Origin: Alphaproteobacteria bacterium
GTDB taxonomy: Bacteria; Pseudomonadota; Alphaproteobacteria; Methylaequorales; Methylaequoraceae
NCBI GenBank assembly: GCA_019650635.1
Contig: BOXE01000002.1
Coordinates: forward strand, 133,547 to 197,546
Length of the DNA: 64,000 nucleotides
Direction of reading: 5' to 3'
The notes beneath the pieces were generated by a model. The model was given only the letters and a program-made list of their open reading frames with translations. It did no database searches and had not been told where the DNA came from. Shown here piece after piece: positions 21,753 to 33,441 of this stretch (the stretch's first letter is position 1; each line of letters starts with the position of its first letter). Position numbers and translations under genes: made by a program.

Positions 21753-23584
21753 TTTTGTTAAATTCTTTATAAATCCTTGCTGCAGTTTTTATTCCAATAC
21801 CCGGAACTTTCTTTAAATCTTCTTCTCCAGCAGTTTTTATATTATCAATAGTTCCAAAATAAGATAATAATAAATTTTTTGTTTTTTTTCCAATACCAGT
21901 TATTTCATCAAATAAAGAATTTTTGAATGATTTATGATGTTTGGCTTTTGTTGATTGAACTGCAAACCTATGAGCTTCATCTCTGAGTCTTTGAAAGAAA
22001 AAAAGAACTTCATCGTTCTTATTTAATTTAAATTCTTTATCAAATTTATAGTATTTTTTCATCACCTGCATTTCTATTTTTTCCCTTTGCAATTCCTAAA
22101 ATATCAATATTTGATATTTTTTTCTCAGCAAGTATTTTTTTTACTATGTTTAATTGACCTAGCCCTCCATCAATGAGAATAAGTTGAGGAAGTTTTTTTT
22201 TCCATCCGTCGAAGTTTTTAAACCTACGATTCATTACTTGATCCATCATAAAATAATCATCGTTTGTAATATTATTTTCACACACAATATTAAATTTCCT
22301 GTATGAATTTTTTACAAAGGCTCCATTTTCGAAAACTACCATAGCACCAGTAGGATTTGACCCACTTAAATGACTATTATCATAAATCTCTATTCTTTTT
22401 GGAATATTTTTTAAAGTAAATTTTAATTTTATTGAATTTAGAAGCTCATTTGTCTTAAATTTTTCCTTTTTTCTTTTTTCAAATGAGGCATCAACGTTTT
22501 CTTCTACCATCTTTAGAATCATTCTTTTTTTCCCTTTTAAAGGAATTTTGATTGAAACTTTGTTTTCCAATAGAGATTTCAAAATGTTTATATCCTGTGG
22601 CTTTTTGTTTAATAAAATTTCTTTTGGTGGTGCGTTTGAAGTATAAAAAAAATATAAAAATTGAGAAAAGATCTTTTCAGTTTCATCACACAAATTATTT
22701 TCAAATAAAAAATCCTTATTTCCTAGATTCTTCCCTGATCTGAAAAAAAAGATATGAATTGAAATTAAGTTTTCTTTCTTTTTAAGAAAAATAACGTCAA
22801 AATTTTCTTTGTTATTTAGATCTGAATATGTTTCGTTTGAAATTTTTGATAAAGCACTTATTCTATCCCTCAATTTAGCAGCTTTTTCGTAATTTTGTAA
22901 TTCACTTGCAGATTTCATTTGAGTAATTAATCTTGATTTCACTTCAGAATTATTTCCATTCAGAAAAGAGATTGCATTATCAACTAAATCTTTATATTCA
23001 ACTTTTGAAACATAATCTACGCACGGAGCGCTACATCTTTTAATTTGATATAATATACACGGACGTTTTCTTGATTTGAAGATATTATCTGTGCAACTCC
23101 TTAATAAAAATGCTCCTTCAATTTGTCTTATTACGTTGTCAACTGAACTAACGCTTGAATAAGGACCAAAATACATTTCATTTTTATTTTGTTTTCCTCT
23201 ATATTTTTTTATCCTTGGCCATTCTGAAGAAGAAGTAATGCAAATGTAAGGATAACTTTTGTCATCAATTAACCTTACGTTAAATCTAGGTTTGTATTGT
23301 TTTATTAGATTATTTTCTAAAATAAAAGAATCTACTTCCGTAATTGTTTTTATAAAATCTATATTTGTTGTCAGATTAATTAATAACTTAATCCTATTGG
23401 TTTGACTTTTATCATTAACATAACTGGAGATTCTTTTTTTTAAATTTTTAGCTTTACCCACATATAAGACTTTTTTATTACAATCCATAAACTTATATAT
23501 TCCAGAACCATTAGGAAACGTTTTTGAAGCTTTTTTAACTGCCTCTAAGCCTTTTTTAAAGTCATATTTAAGTTTCAGTTTCAT
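21745..23584 (-). CDS. uvrC: excinuclease ABC subunit C, frameshifted near its C-terminal third
   Basis: N-terminal GIY-YIG (GIYKFMD...LYVGKAKNLKKR), a Cys-rich region and the UvrBC domain. The C-terminal (HhH)2 GIGKKTKNLLL...VPGIGIKTAARI sits in a separate 115-aa ORF (21745..22092). The frame changes within 22046-22092. Confidence 0.9.
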
Positions 23585-23866
23585 TTATTACTCTCAAACC
23601 TTTAACTTTCATTATAAAAAAATGTTATAAAATTACTATCCACTATTACTGTGGATAAATCTGTTTATAATCTTTGAGTATTCTAATTAATCTTAACAAT
23701 TCTGCTACTCTTAACAAATTGATTAAAAATTAATCAATTTTGTAAGTCATTGATTAAATTGATAAAAAAAATGTTTTCTCTCCCACTTAAAATATATTTT
23801 TAAAGTTACACTTATATTTTTTTTATTTTTTTTTTTTTTTTTTTATTGTTGACAACTTCAAATACT

Positions 23867-24688
23867 TTAATCGGTCTTAAATATCTTTGATTTTGAATGG
23901 GCCCATCCTAAACTTTGCCCAGAATCTAATGTTAATATCTCTCCAGTGACTGATTGATTATTTATAAGATAACTAATAGCATCATTAATTTCAGATAATT
24001 TTACTTGTTTTTTTAAAGGAGTTCTGAGTACTTGTTTTCTAAATTGCTTTAAATTTTGATTTTTACTCATCAATGTTGGGCCGGGTGATATTGCATTCAC
24101 TCTTATTGTAGGAGCTAATGAAAGTGCAAGACTTTTTGTTAATGCAGCCAGCGCAACTTTACTAACTGTGTAGGATGTAAAGTAAGGAGTAATATTATTT
24201 ACTCTTTGATCGACTATATTAATTATCAAACCATGTTTTTTATAATGTTTCACAAAGTTTTGAGATAAAAAAAATGGAGCTCTTAGGTTGACATTTATAT
24301 GTTTTTCAAACAATTTCAGATTAGATGAGGATATTGTATCAAAATCAAAAGTTGAAGCATTATTAATTAGTATATCGATATGACCAAATTCATTAATTAT
24401 ATTTTTATAAAATTTTGAAATATTTTTGTTTTTCTCAAAATCAAATTTATAAATTGAGAATTTTGTTTTTTTATTTTTGAACCTATTTTTTAATTCTTGT
24501 GCTTTTTTTTGAGATTTGTTGAATTGAATTGCAATGTTTAGGCCGTTATTAGCTAAATAACAAGCTATAGACTCGCCAATTCTTTGAGCACCACCTGTTA
24601 TTAGAGCTGACTTATATATTCTGTTTAATTCCAAGTTCTTTTCTTTCTTTGATTTTGATTTTATCTCTGATCTCAGCCGCTTTTTCAA
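23867..24688 (-). CDS. short-chain dehydrogenase/reductase, pteridine reductase/FolM-like
   Basis: Glycine-rich TGGAQRIGESIA loop typical of PTR1/FolM, and a YxxxK active site. The annotated ATG lies 76 nt inside uvrB, so the real start is probably the TTG at 24634. Confidence 0.7.
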   Translation of the reverse strand: MKKRLRSEIKSKSKKEKNLELNRIYKSALITGGAQRIGESIACYLANNGLNIAIQFNKSQKKAQELKNRFKNKKTKFSIYKFDFEKNKNISKFYKNIINEFGHIDILINNASTFDFDTISSSNLKLFEKHINVNLRAPFFLSQNFVKHYKKHGLIINIVDQRVNNITPYFTSYTVSKVALAALTKSLALSLAPTIRVNAISPGPTLMSKNQNLKQFRKQVLRTPLKKQVKLSEINDAISYLINNQSVTGEILTLDSGQSLGWAHSKSKIFKTD

Positions 24689-26579
24689 AATTCAAATTTT
24701 CAGCATATTCTAACATCTTTTTTTTTAAAAAATCTAACGATTCTTGCCTGTCGTCATTTGAAGATTTTTTTCCGTCATTTTGATTTATAGTTTCTTCAAT
24801 TTTTCTTGTAGTAGATTTTGGAACAATTCCATTTTTTTTATTAAAGTTTATTTGTTTTATTCTTCGTCTGCTTGTTTCTTCAATAGCAAGAAGAATGGAT
24901 TTAGTTTTCTGGTCTGCATAAAGTATCGCTCTTCCATCAATATTTCTTGCAGCTCTCCCAATTGTTTGAATTAAAGAAACTTGAGAACGAAGATAACCCT
25001 CCTTATCAGCGTCTAAAATAGCTACTAATCCACACTCAGGAATATCTAAGCCTTCTCTTAGAAGATTAATTCCAACAAGCACCTCAAATGTACCTATTCT
25101 TAAATCTTTAATGATTTCTATTCTTTCTAATGCATCAATCTCGGAATGCATGTATCTTGCTTTCACTCCATTTTCGTTCAAGTAATCAGTAACCATTTCA
25201 GCATTTTTTTTTGTTAGTGTTGTTACCAAAACTCTAAGACCTTTTAATGTAACTTTTTTGCATTCTTCAATAATATCTTCCACTTGATTAGAGGCTTTCC
25301 TTACTTCACATATTGGATCTACTAAACCTGTTGGTCGTACAATTTGTTCAATAAAAACTCCACCTGTCTTATCAAGTTCGTATTCACCAGGTGTGGCTGA
25401 AACATAAATGGTCTGACTCTTAAACTTTTCCCATTCTTCAAACATAAGTGGCCTGTTATCTTTACATGATGGTAATCTAAAACCATAATCAGATAGTGTG
25501 TTTTTTCTTGATCTGTCACCTTTAAACATTCCTCTAATTTGAGGGATTGTTACATGTGACTCATCAATAAATAATAAAGCATTTTTAGGTAAATATTCAA
25601 AAAGTGTAGGAGGGGGCTCTCCAGGAGCTCTACCAGATAAGTGTCTCGAATAGTTTTCTATTCCGGAGCAACTTCCTGTTGCAGCAATCATTTCAAGATC
25701 GAATTTTGTCCTTTGCTCGATTCTTTGTGCTTCAAGAAATAATTTTTTTGATTCAAAAAATCTTATTCTTTCTTCAAGTTCAATTTTAATTTGATCTATA
25801 GCTTTAATAAGAGAGGGTTTAGGTGTTACGTAATGGCTGTTGGCAAATACTGTGATTTCTTCTAGACTTTTAGAAACTGTACCCATAAATGGGTCAAACT
25901 CATCTATTGATTCAACTGTTTCACCAAAAAAAGAAATTCTCCATGACCTATCTTCAAAATGTGAAGGAAAAATTTCAAGAAAGTCACCTCTACTTCTAAA
26001 TGTACCTCTACAATGCACTTGGTCATTTCTTTTATATTGAAGTTCAACAAGTTTTTTTTTAATTTTGTCTATATCATAATTATTTTTCTTATCTATTTTG
26101 AATGCCATTGATGAATAGGATTGAACTGAACCTAAACCATATATACATGAAACGCTTGCTACAACAATGGTGTCTTCTTTCTCTAACAAAGATCTGGTAG
26201 CTGAGTGTCTCATTCTATCTATTTGCTCATTAATAGATGATTCTTTTTCAATGAAGGTATCTGTTCGAGGAACGTAAGCTTCTGGAGTGTAATAGTCATA
26301 ATATGAAACAAAATATTCAACGTTGTTATCAGGAAAAAAACTTTTCATTTCACTATAAAGTTGAGCGGCAAGAATTTTATTTGGTGCAAATATTAAGGCG
26401 GGTCTTTGTAGTTTTTGAATAATATTAGCCATTGTAAATGTTTTTCCAGAACCAGTGACACCTAATAAAACCTGATCTGTTAATTTTTTTTCTAAACCAC
26501 TACATAATTTTTTGATTGCCAATGGCTGATCACCCGATGGCTGAAAAGGACTAGTCAAATTGAATTTGAAATTTTCCAT
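24612..26579 (-). CDS. uvrB: excinuclease ABC subunit B
   Basis: 655 aa with helicase motifs GVTGSGKT and DESH, a beta-hairpin region and the C-terminal UVR domain (NFEKAAEIRDKI). Confidence 0.95.
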   Translation of the reverse strand: MENFKFNLTSPFQPSGDQPLAIKKLCSGLEKKLTDQVLLGVTGSGKTFTMANIIQKLQRPALIFAPNKILAAQLYSEMKSFFPDNNVEYFVSYYDYYTPEAYVPRTDTFIEKESSINEQIDRMRHSATRSLLEKEDTIVVASVSCIYGLGSVQSYSSMAFKIDKKNNYDIDKIKKKLVELQYKRNDQVHCRGTFRSRGDFLEIFPSHFEDRSWRISFFGETVESIDEFDPFMGTVSKSLEEITVFANSHYVTPKPSLIKAIDQIKIELEERIRFFESKKLFLEAQRIEQRTKFDLEMIAATGSCSGIENYSRHLSGRAPGEPPPTLFEYLPKNALLFIDESHVTIPQIRGMFKGDRSRKNTLSDYGFRLPSCKDNRPLMFEEWEKFKSQTIYVSATPGEYELDKTGGVFIEQIVRPTGLVDPICEVRKASNQVEDIIEECKKVTLKGLRVLVTTLTKKNAEMVTDYLNENGVKARYMHSEIDALERIEIIKDLRIGTFEVLVGINLLREGLDIPECGLVAILDADKEGYLRSQVSLIQTIGRAARNIDGRAILYADQKTKSILLAIEETSRRRIKQINFNKKNGIVPKSTTRKIEETINQNDGKKSSNDDRQESLDFLKKKMLEYAENLNFEKAAEIRDKIKIKERKELGIKQNI

Positions 26580-26670
26580 AAAATTTTACAAAAAAAAAAA
26601 AATCTAATATATTTTTGTTAAAGTTTATATATAATCGAAAATTTGAAGATTTACATTTTTTTCTTAATAG

Positions 26671-27870
26671 ATGACCCTTATTTCAGATAGATTAACTAGG
26701 TTCAAACCCTCATTAACTGTCAAGATATCACAGATTGCCAGAGAAATGACTCTTTCTGGAGAAAAAGTAATAAGTCTAAGCTCTGGTGAACCTGATTTTG
26801 ACACACCCAAGCATATCAAAGATCAAGCGATTAAAGCAATAAATGATGGATTTACAAAATACACACAAGTAGATGGTATACCAGAATTAAAGAAATCTAT
26901 AATAACAAAATTTGAGAGTGAAAATGACTTAAAATATGATCTAGATCAAATCACAGTTGGAGTAGGGGGAAAACATGTTATTTACAATCTATTTATGTCT
27001 ACATTAAACAAAAATGATGAAGTTATTATTCCTTCTCCTTATTGGGTGTCATATCCAGATATGGTCAACTTAGCAGGGGGAAAACCAATAATTTTAGAAA
27101 CAGAAATGAAAGATAATTTCAAAATAATTCCAAAGCAATTAGAAGCCAATATTTCAGAAAAGACAAAGTGGTTTATAATCAATTCTCCGGGAAATCCAAC
27201 AGGAGCTGTATATGATAAGACTGAATTAAAAGAAATCTCAAAAGTGTTACTCAAGAATCCTCATGTGAATATTTTATCAGATGATATATACGAACATATA
27301 ACCTACGGAACAAAATTTTACAATGTTCTCAATGTGGAACCAAAGCTTTATGAAAATACATTTATTGTTAATGGGGTCTCAAAAGCTTTCTCAATGACAG
27401 GTTGGAGGATAGGATATGGTGCTGGGAAAAAAGAATTGATAAAAGCAATTTCTAAAATCCAATCTCAGAGCACAACCAATCCTTGCTCTATTAGTCAAGT
27501 AGCTGCAAAACATGCACTTCAAAGTGAAAAGGATTTTTTACAAGATTGGTTGAAGAAGTTTGAAAGTAGAAAAAATCTTCTAATTGATTTTTTTGAATCT
27601 ATATCAGGATTAGATCCCTTTATACCAAGTGGCGCATTTTATCTCTATGTAAGTTGTGAAGGTTTTATAAATAAGAGATTAAAAGATGGGAAAAAAATTA
27701 ATAATGACATGGATTTTGCAGAATATTTACTCCACGATGCTAAAGTTGCAGTTGTGCCTGGAATTGCGTTTGGAAAATCACCATTTTTCAGAATATCGTA
27801 CGCAACATCTTTTGATGATCTAGAAGAAGCATGCGAAAGAATTGGAACGGCTTTGAAGAAAATTTCATAA
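26671..27870 (+). CDS. aspartate/aromatic aminotransferase (class I PLP aminotransferase)
   Basis: 399 aa with the fold-type I aminotransferase layout and the PLP-lysine region GVSKAFSMTGWRIGY. Confidence 0.8.
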   Translation: MTLISDRLTRFKPSLTVKISQIAREMTLSGEKVISLSSGEPDFDTPKHIKDQAIKAINDGFTKYTQVDGIPELKKSIITKFESENDLKYDLDQITVGVGGKHVIYNLFMSTLNKNDEVIIPSPYWVSYPDMVNLAGGKPIILETEMKDNFKIIPKQLEANISEKTKWFIINSPGNPTGAVYDKTELKEISKVLLKNPHVNILSDDIYEHITYGTKFYNVLNVEPKLYENTFIVNGVSKAFSMTGWRIGYGAGKKELIKAISKIQSQSTTNPCSISQVAAKHALQSEKDFLQDWLKKFESRKNLLIDFFESISGLDPFIPSGAFYLYVSCEGFINKRLKDGKKINNDMDFAEYLLHDAKVAVVPGIAFGKSPFFRISYATSFDDLEEACERIGTALKKIS

Positions 27871-28776
27871 ATGAAAATTTTAATTTATGGGGTTGGTGGG
27901 GTTGGAGGTTTTATTGGATCTCATCTTCAAAAAACTGGTTTTGATATTTCATACATTGCGAGAGGAACAAGATTTGAATTTTTAAAAAAAAATGGACTTA
28001 AATTAAAAAGTCAGTTAGGTGATAAGAGTATTAAAAAAATTAAAATTTTTAATACCATCCCAAACAAAGTTGATTTTGATATAATTATAAGCACTGTAAA
28101 ACTTTATGATTTTGATGGATTCATTGGAGAAATAAAAAAAAAGGGACTTCATGAGACAATTTTATTACCGTTTCAAAATGGTGTGTATTCAGAGCAAAAA
28201 ATAAGTCAAGAGTTTGGAGAGGAAAAAACATTTGGAGCTGTTGCGCAAATATCTTCATTCATAAATGAGAACCAATACATAATTCATAAAGGAAAACTAG
28301 CTTCTTTTTTTGTTGGAAATATGTCAGATATTGTGAATAAAAAATTACTTAAGTTTTGCGAAATATCCAAAAATTCAGGACTCGATATACAATATAAATC
28401 AAACATCAAAGAAAAAATTTGGGAAAAGTTTATTTTCTTATCAGCTTACAGTGGTATTACGACTTTAACTAAGAAATCAATAGGGGAAATTTTTGCTTCA
28501 ACTGCACTTAAGGATAATTTTGTAAGTGCAATGATTGAAACTTATAACCTATCAAAGTTTTTTAATGTCAAATTTAAGGTGAACCCAGTTGACTATTGGT
28601 TGGAAAAGATAAAAAAAATGCCGTTTGACATGACCTCTTCTATGTATCTAGATTATTTGAACAACAAACAGCTTGAGTTAAAATGGTTATCTGGGTTCAT
28701 TGTAGATTGCTCAAAGAAATTTGATAATAAATGTGAAACTCATCAGTCAATTTTAAATGGTATAGTCACTAAATGA
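27871..28776 (+). CDS. 2-dehydropantoate 2-reductase (ApbA/PanE family)
   Basis: N-terminal Rossmann YGVGGVGGFIGSHL, KWEKF and a C-terminal MTSSMYLDYLNNKQLELKWLSGFIV region. Confidence 0.65.
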   Translation: MKILIYGVGGVGGFIGSHLQKTGFDISYIARGTRFEFLKKNGLKLKSQLGDKSIKKIKIFNTIPNKVDFDIIISTVKLYDFDGFIGEIKKKGLHETILLPFQNGVYSEQKISQEFGEEKTFGAVAQISSFINENQYIIHKGKLASFFVGNMSDIVNKKLLKFCEISKNSGLDIQYKSNIKEKIWEKFIFLSAYSGITTLTKKSIGEIFASTALKDNFVSAMIETYNLSKFFNVKFKVNPVDYWLEKIKKMPFDMTSSMYLDYLNNKQLELKWLSGFIVDCSKKFDNKCETHQSILNGIVTK

Positions 28777-29707
28777 GATTTTTCTTGGTCAGAAAACTCT
28801 CAGCTTCTAAAGCACTCATACAGCCCATCCCTGCAGCTGTAACGGCTTGCCTGTAGACTTTATCTGTTACATCACCAGCAGCAAAAACTCCATCAACACT
28901 TGTTTTTGTAGAATCTGCATCTGTAAAAATATAACCTTCATCATCCATCTTTAATTTTTTATGAAAAATTTCTGTGGTTGGACTATGTCCTATTGCTACA
29001 AAAAATCCGTCAATATTCAAAATTTCTTTACTATTTTTCTTAGAATCAAATATTTCAAGTGAGGTAATAACTTTTTTTTCGTTGTCTCCTAAAACTTTTT
29101 GAACTTCAGAATTCCAAATAAATTCAACATTTTTCTTTTCAAATAATCTCTCTTGAAGTATTTTTTCTGCTCTTAATTGATCTCGTCTATGGATAAGTAC
29201 TACCTTGTTACAGAGATTTGACAAGAAAAGCGCCTCTTCTACAGCAGTATTACCACCACCTACAACAGCAACATTTTTATTTTTATAAAAAAATCCATCA
29301 CATGTAGCACAAGCAGATACACCAAAACCTCTAAACTTTTCTTCACCCTCAATATTTAGCCATTTTGCTTTTGCGCCAGTAGCTATTATTACTGTGTGGG
29401 AAGAGAATTTGTCTTTTTCCGTTTTGACACAATGAATTTTTTTATCAAAATCAACCTCTAAAACATAGTCATTCATTATTCTTGTTCCATAAGCTACAGC
29501 TTGTTTTTTCATTTGTTCCATTAACCATGGTCCTTGAATGGGATCTTCAAAACCTGGAAAATTTTCAACATCAGTGGTAATTGTTAGCTGTCCACCCGGT
29601 TCTAAACCTGATATTAATAAAGGGTTGAGACCAGCTCTAGCTGCGTATATTGCTGCTGTATAACCTGCCGGACCGGATCCAATTATTAAAACTTTTTCTT
29701 TGTTCAT
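28769..29707 (-). CDS. trxB: thioredoxin-disulfide reductase
   Basis: FAD GxGxxG (IIGSGPAGYTAA), redox-active CATCDG and the NADPH site GGGNTA. Confidence 0.93.
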   Translation of the reverse strand: MNKEKVLIIGSGPAGYTAAIYAARAGLNPLLISGLEPGGQLTITTDVENFPGFEDPIQGPWLMEQMKKQAVAYGTRIMNDYVLEVDFDKKIHCVKTEKDKFSSHTVIIATGAKAKWLNIEGEEKFRGFGVSACATCDGFFYKNKNVAVVGGGNTAVEEALFLSNLCNKVVLIHRRDQLRAEKILQERLFEKKNVEFIWNSEVQKVLGDNEKKVITSLEIFDSKKNSKEILNIDGFFVAIGHSPTTEIFHKKLKMDDEGYIFTDADSTKTSVDGVFAAGDVTDKVYRQAVTAAGMGCMSALEAESFLTKKNLI

Positions 29708-29708
29708 T

Positions 29709-30185
29709 TTACTTAAAATCTATTGAGTTTATTTGATACTCTTTAAGACCTTTTGGGGTTTGAACTTCAAAAACATCTCCAACTCTCTTATTAATCATAG
29801 CTTTGCACAGAGGCGCCGATATGGAAATCAAGTTTTGTTCTATATCTGCTTCGTCTGCTCCTACAATTTTATATGTATTTTTTTTGTCCGTTTCCAAGTC
29901 TGTAAGCACAACAGTTGCCCCAAAAGTTACTTTTGAATTATCAAGTTTTGAAGGATCAATCACCTCAGCACGAGTAATTTTATTTTCTAATTCTACTATT
30001 CTGCCCTCTATAAAACTTTGTCTTTCTCTTGCAGCATGATACTCTGCATTTTCTGATAAATCTCCATGCTCTCTAGCTTCTGCAATAGCTTTAATAACAT
30101 TCGGTCTTTCAGAGTTTTTTAAATTCTCAAGTTCTTCTCGTAGTTTTTTAAGACCTTCTGCGGTCATTGGAAATTTTTCAATCAT
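29709..30185 (-). CDS. greA: transcription elongation factor GreA
   Basis: 158 aa with an N-terminal coiled coil carrying the acidic tip and a C-terminal FKBP-like domain. Confidence 0.92.
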   Translation of the reverse strand: MIEKFPMTAEGLKKLREELENLKNSERPNVIKAIAEAREHGDLSENAEYHAARERQSFIEGRIVELENKITRAEVIDPSKLDNSKVTFGATVVLTDLETDKKNTYKIVGADEADIEQNLISISAPLCKAMINKRVGDVFEVQTPKGLKEYQINSIDFK

Positions 30186-30217
30186 TATATAATATTATTA
30201 CGATTACATATTAAATT

Positions 30218-33200
30218 CTAGAGATTATACAATTCTTGGATCGATTTAACTGAAATTTCACTATTATTGACAATATTTAATCCAGTAACTGCAATTTTGG
30301 CTGCTGAAATTGTTGTGAAATAGGGTATTTTTTTACTCAATGCTGTTCTCCTAATTGATAAGCTATCTGCAATAGATTTTGCTCCACTAGTTGTATTTAT
30401 AATGAGGTGAATTTTATTTTTTTCTATAAAGTCTACAATATGTGGACTTCCCTCATTAACTTTTTTAATTATTTGTACACTTATTGAAAATTTTTTTAGA
30501 AATTCGGCAGTGCCTTTCGTAGCATAAATTTTAAAATCAATCTTTTCTATAACTTGGCAAAGCAGTAGGATATTTTCTTTATCTTCATCTCTAACTGAAA
30601 TAAATATTGACCCTCTTTCAGGCAATTTGTTTCCAGCTGCCATTTGCGATTTCAGAAACGCCATCGGGAAATTCTTATCAATTCCCATAACTTCACCAGT
30701 TGATTTCATCTCAGGTCCCAAAATTATGTCTTCTCCGGGAAACCTATCAAATGGAAAAACAGATTCTTTGACTGTTACATAATTTTTGTTGTTTTGATTA
30801 AGATTAAAAGACTTTATTTTTTTTCCTAGCATTACTTTTGTTGCAAGCTTTGCTAATGGAATTCCTCTTGATTTACTATAAAAGGTACTGTTCTACTAGC
30901 TCTTGGATTTACCTCAATTACATAAACTTTATCGTCCTTGATGGCATATTGAATATTAATGAAACCTATAATATTCAAAGTTCTTGAGATAAGTTTTGTA
31001 ATTCTTTTAATTTCATCAATGATTTTTGCAGACAATGTTTGCGGGGTAACGAACAAGCGGAATCTCCTGAGTGTACACCTGCTTCCTCGATATGTTCTAA
31101 GATCCCAGAAATAAAAATATCTTTACCATCTGAAATTGCGTCTACATCAATCTCTTTTGCTCCCACAAGAAATTCATCGATCAAAATAGATTTATTATTT
31201 ATAATGAAATTACTGTTAAAATAATTATTTAACTCTTCAAAGTTATTTATTATTCTCATTGCTCTTCCACCTAAAACGTAGGATGGTCTAATTACAATTG
31301 GAAATTCAATGGATTTTATTGCTTTCTTAGCTTCTGAAAAATTGAAAACAATATCGCTTTTTGGCTGCAAAATTTTTAAATCCTTCATTAATTTAGCAAA
31401 CCTATCTCTATCTTCACATAAATCAATCGATTTAAAAGATGTTCCTAAAATTTTTTCCCCGATTACTAATTTTTAAAAATTTAGTGGTTTTTTTCCCCCC
31501 AAGTTGAACAATTACACCAAGTAATTTATTATTAATATTTTCAGCCTGACAAATTGCTAAGACAGATTCTGAATCAAGTGGTTCAAAATAAAGTCTGTCA
31601 GAAATATCATAGTCAGTGGAGACGGTTTCTGGGTTACAGTTAACCATTATCGACTCGATACCAAGTTCTTTAAGCGCAAAAGAAGAATGCACACAGCAAT
31701 AATCGAACTCTATTCCTTGCCCGATTCTATTGGGACCACCACCTAAAATTATGACCTTTTTTCTATTACTTACTTTAGTTTCGTCCTCAAATCTACTATT
31801 TTCTTCAACACAGTTCCAGGAAGAATACATATAAGGAGTTTTGGATTGAAATTCTCCTGAACATGTATCAATATTTCTAAATGAAGTGAAAAGTCTATCT
31901 TTTTTTTTTATATTAAAAATCGAGTTTTTTGAACATCGAGATATTTGCAAAATTTTTTCATCTGAAAAACCATATTCCTTCGCTTGAATATATATTTCTT
32001 TTGAAATTTTTTTATTTTTTAGTATTTTTTCATATTCAACCAACTCACAGATTTCTCTAACAAACCAAGGATCATAACCAGAAGAATTGACAATTTTTTT
32101 CAAATCAATTTTTTTTCTTATACATTCAGCTATTACTAAAAACTTATTTGGTCGATTTTCTTTTAATAATTCTATAAGTTCACTTTTACTCTTTTTTTGT
32201 AAAAAATTATTTGAATCTAATCCTATTAGATCCGTTTCCAAGCTCCTTATGGCTTTTTGAAAGGATTCTTTGAAATTACGTCCTATTGCCATGCACTCCC
32301 CAATTGACTTCATTGCTGTACCCAGTTTTTCCTCTGTCATACTAAATTTTTCAAAAGTAAACCTTGGAATTTTTGTAACTATATAATCAATTGTAGGTTC
32401 AAATGAAGCTGGTGTTGTTTTAGTTATGTCATTTCTTAACTCATCTAAAGAATAACCAACTGCAAGTTTAGCTGCAATCCTGGCAATTGGAAACCCGGTT
32501 GCTTTTGATGCTAATGCTGAAGATCTTGAAACTCTTGGATTCATTTCAATAACAACATTTCTGCCTGTTTTGGGGTTAATTGCAAACTGGACATTTGCAC
32601 CACCAGTGTCTACACCTATTTCTCTTATAACTTTGATTGAATCATTCCTCATTTTTTGAAACTCTTTGTCTGTCAGGGTTAATGCAGGTGAAATTGTAAC
32701 TGAGTCTCCAGTATGTATTCCCATTGGATCAATGTTTTCAATAGAGCACACAATGATACAATTGTCCTGATTATCTCTTATTACCTCCATTTCATATTCT
32801 TTCCAGCCAATAAGTGACTCCTCAATTAAAACTTCATTAATCGGCGACAAATCTATTCCTTTTTTTACAATTTGTATAAATTCTTTTTTATTTAAGGATG
32901 TTCCTCCACCAGAACCTCCAAGAGTAAAAGAAGGTCTTATGATAACAGGAAAAGCGAGGTCTTTAAGAGCTTCTATGGCCTGATCTAAACTTTTAACAAC
33001 AAATCCTTTCGGGGTATCTAGACCAATTTTCGTCATTGACTTTTTGAAAAGCTCTCTGTCCTCTGCTTTCTGGATTACCTTCTGTGTAGCTCCAATTAAC
33101 TTAACACCATATTTTTTAAGAATTTTTTTATTTTCTAGTTCTATTGATAAATTTAGTGCTGTTTGCCCACCCATTGTTGACAAAAGCGCATCTGGTCTTT

Positions 33201-33441
33201 CTTTAATAATTATCTTTTCTAATATTGAAATGTTTAATGGCTCTATATAAGTCCGATCAGCAAGTTCAGGGTCGGTCATTATTGTTGCTGGATTGGAATT
33301 AACTAAAATCACATTAAACCCTTCTTCTTTTAGGGCTTTACATGCCTGAGCTCCTGAATAATCGAATTCACATGCTTGACCAATAACTATTGGTCCAGCT
33401 CCGATAATTAAGATTTTTTTTATATCTTTTCTTTTAGGCAT
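30218..33441 (-). CDS. carB: carbamoyl-phosphate synthase large subunit, split into 4 ORFs by homopolymer frameshifts
   Basis: The four pieces are 31432..33441 (N-terminal ATP-grasp 1, oligomerisation, start of ATP-grasp 2), 30975..31388, 30853..31056 and 30218..30832 (C-terminal MGS-like domain). In order they total about 1075 aa. The frame breaks at T7C6 (31488-31500) and T5A5 (31470-31479). Confidence 0.9.
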
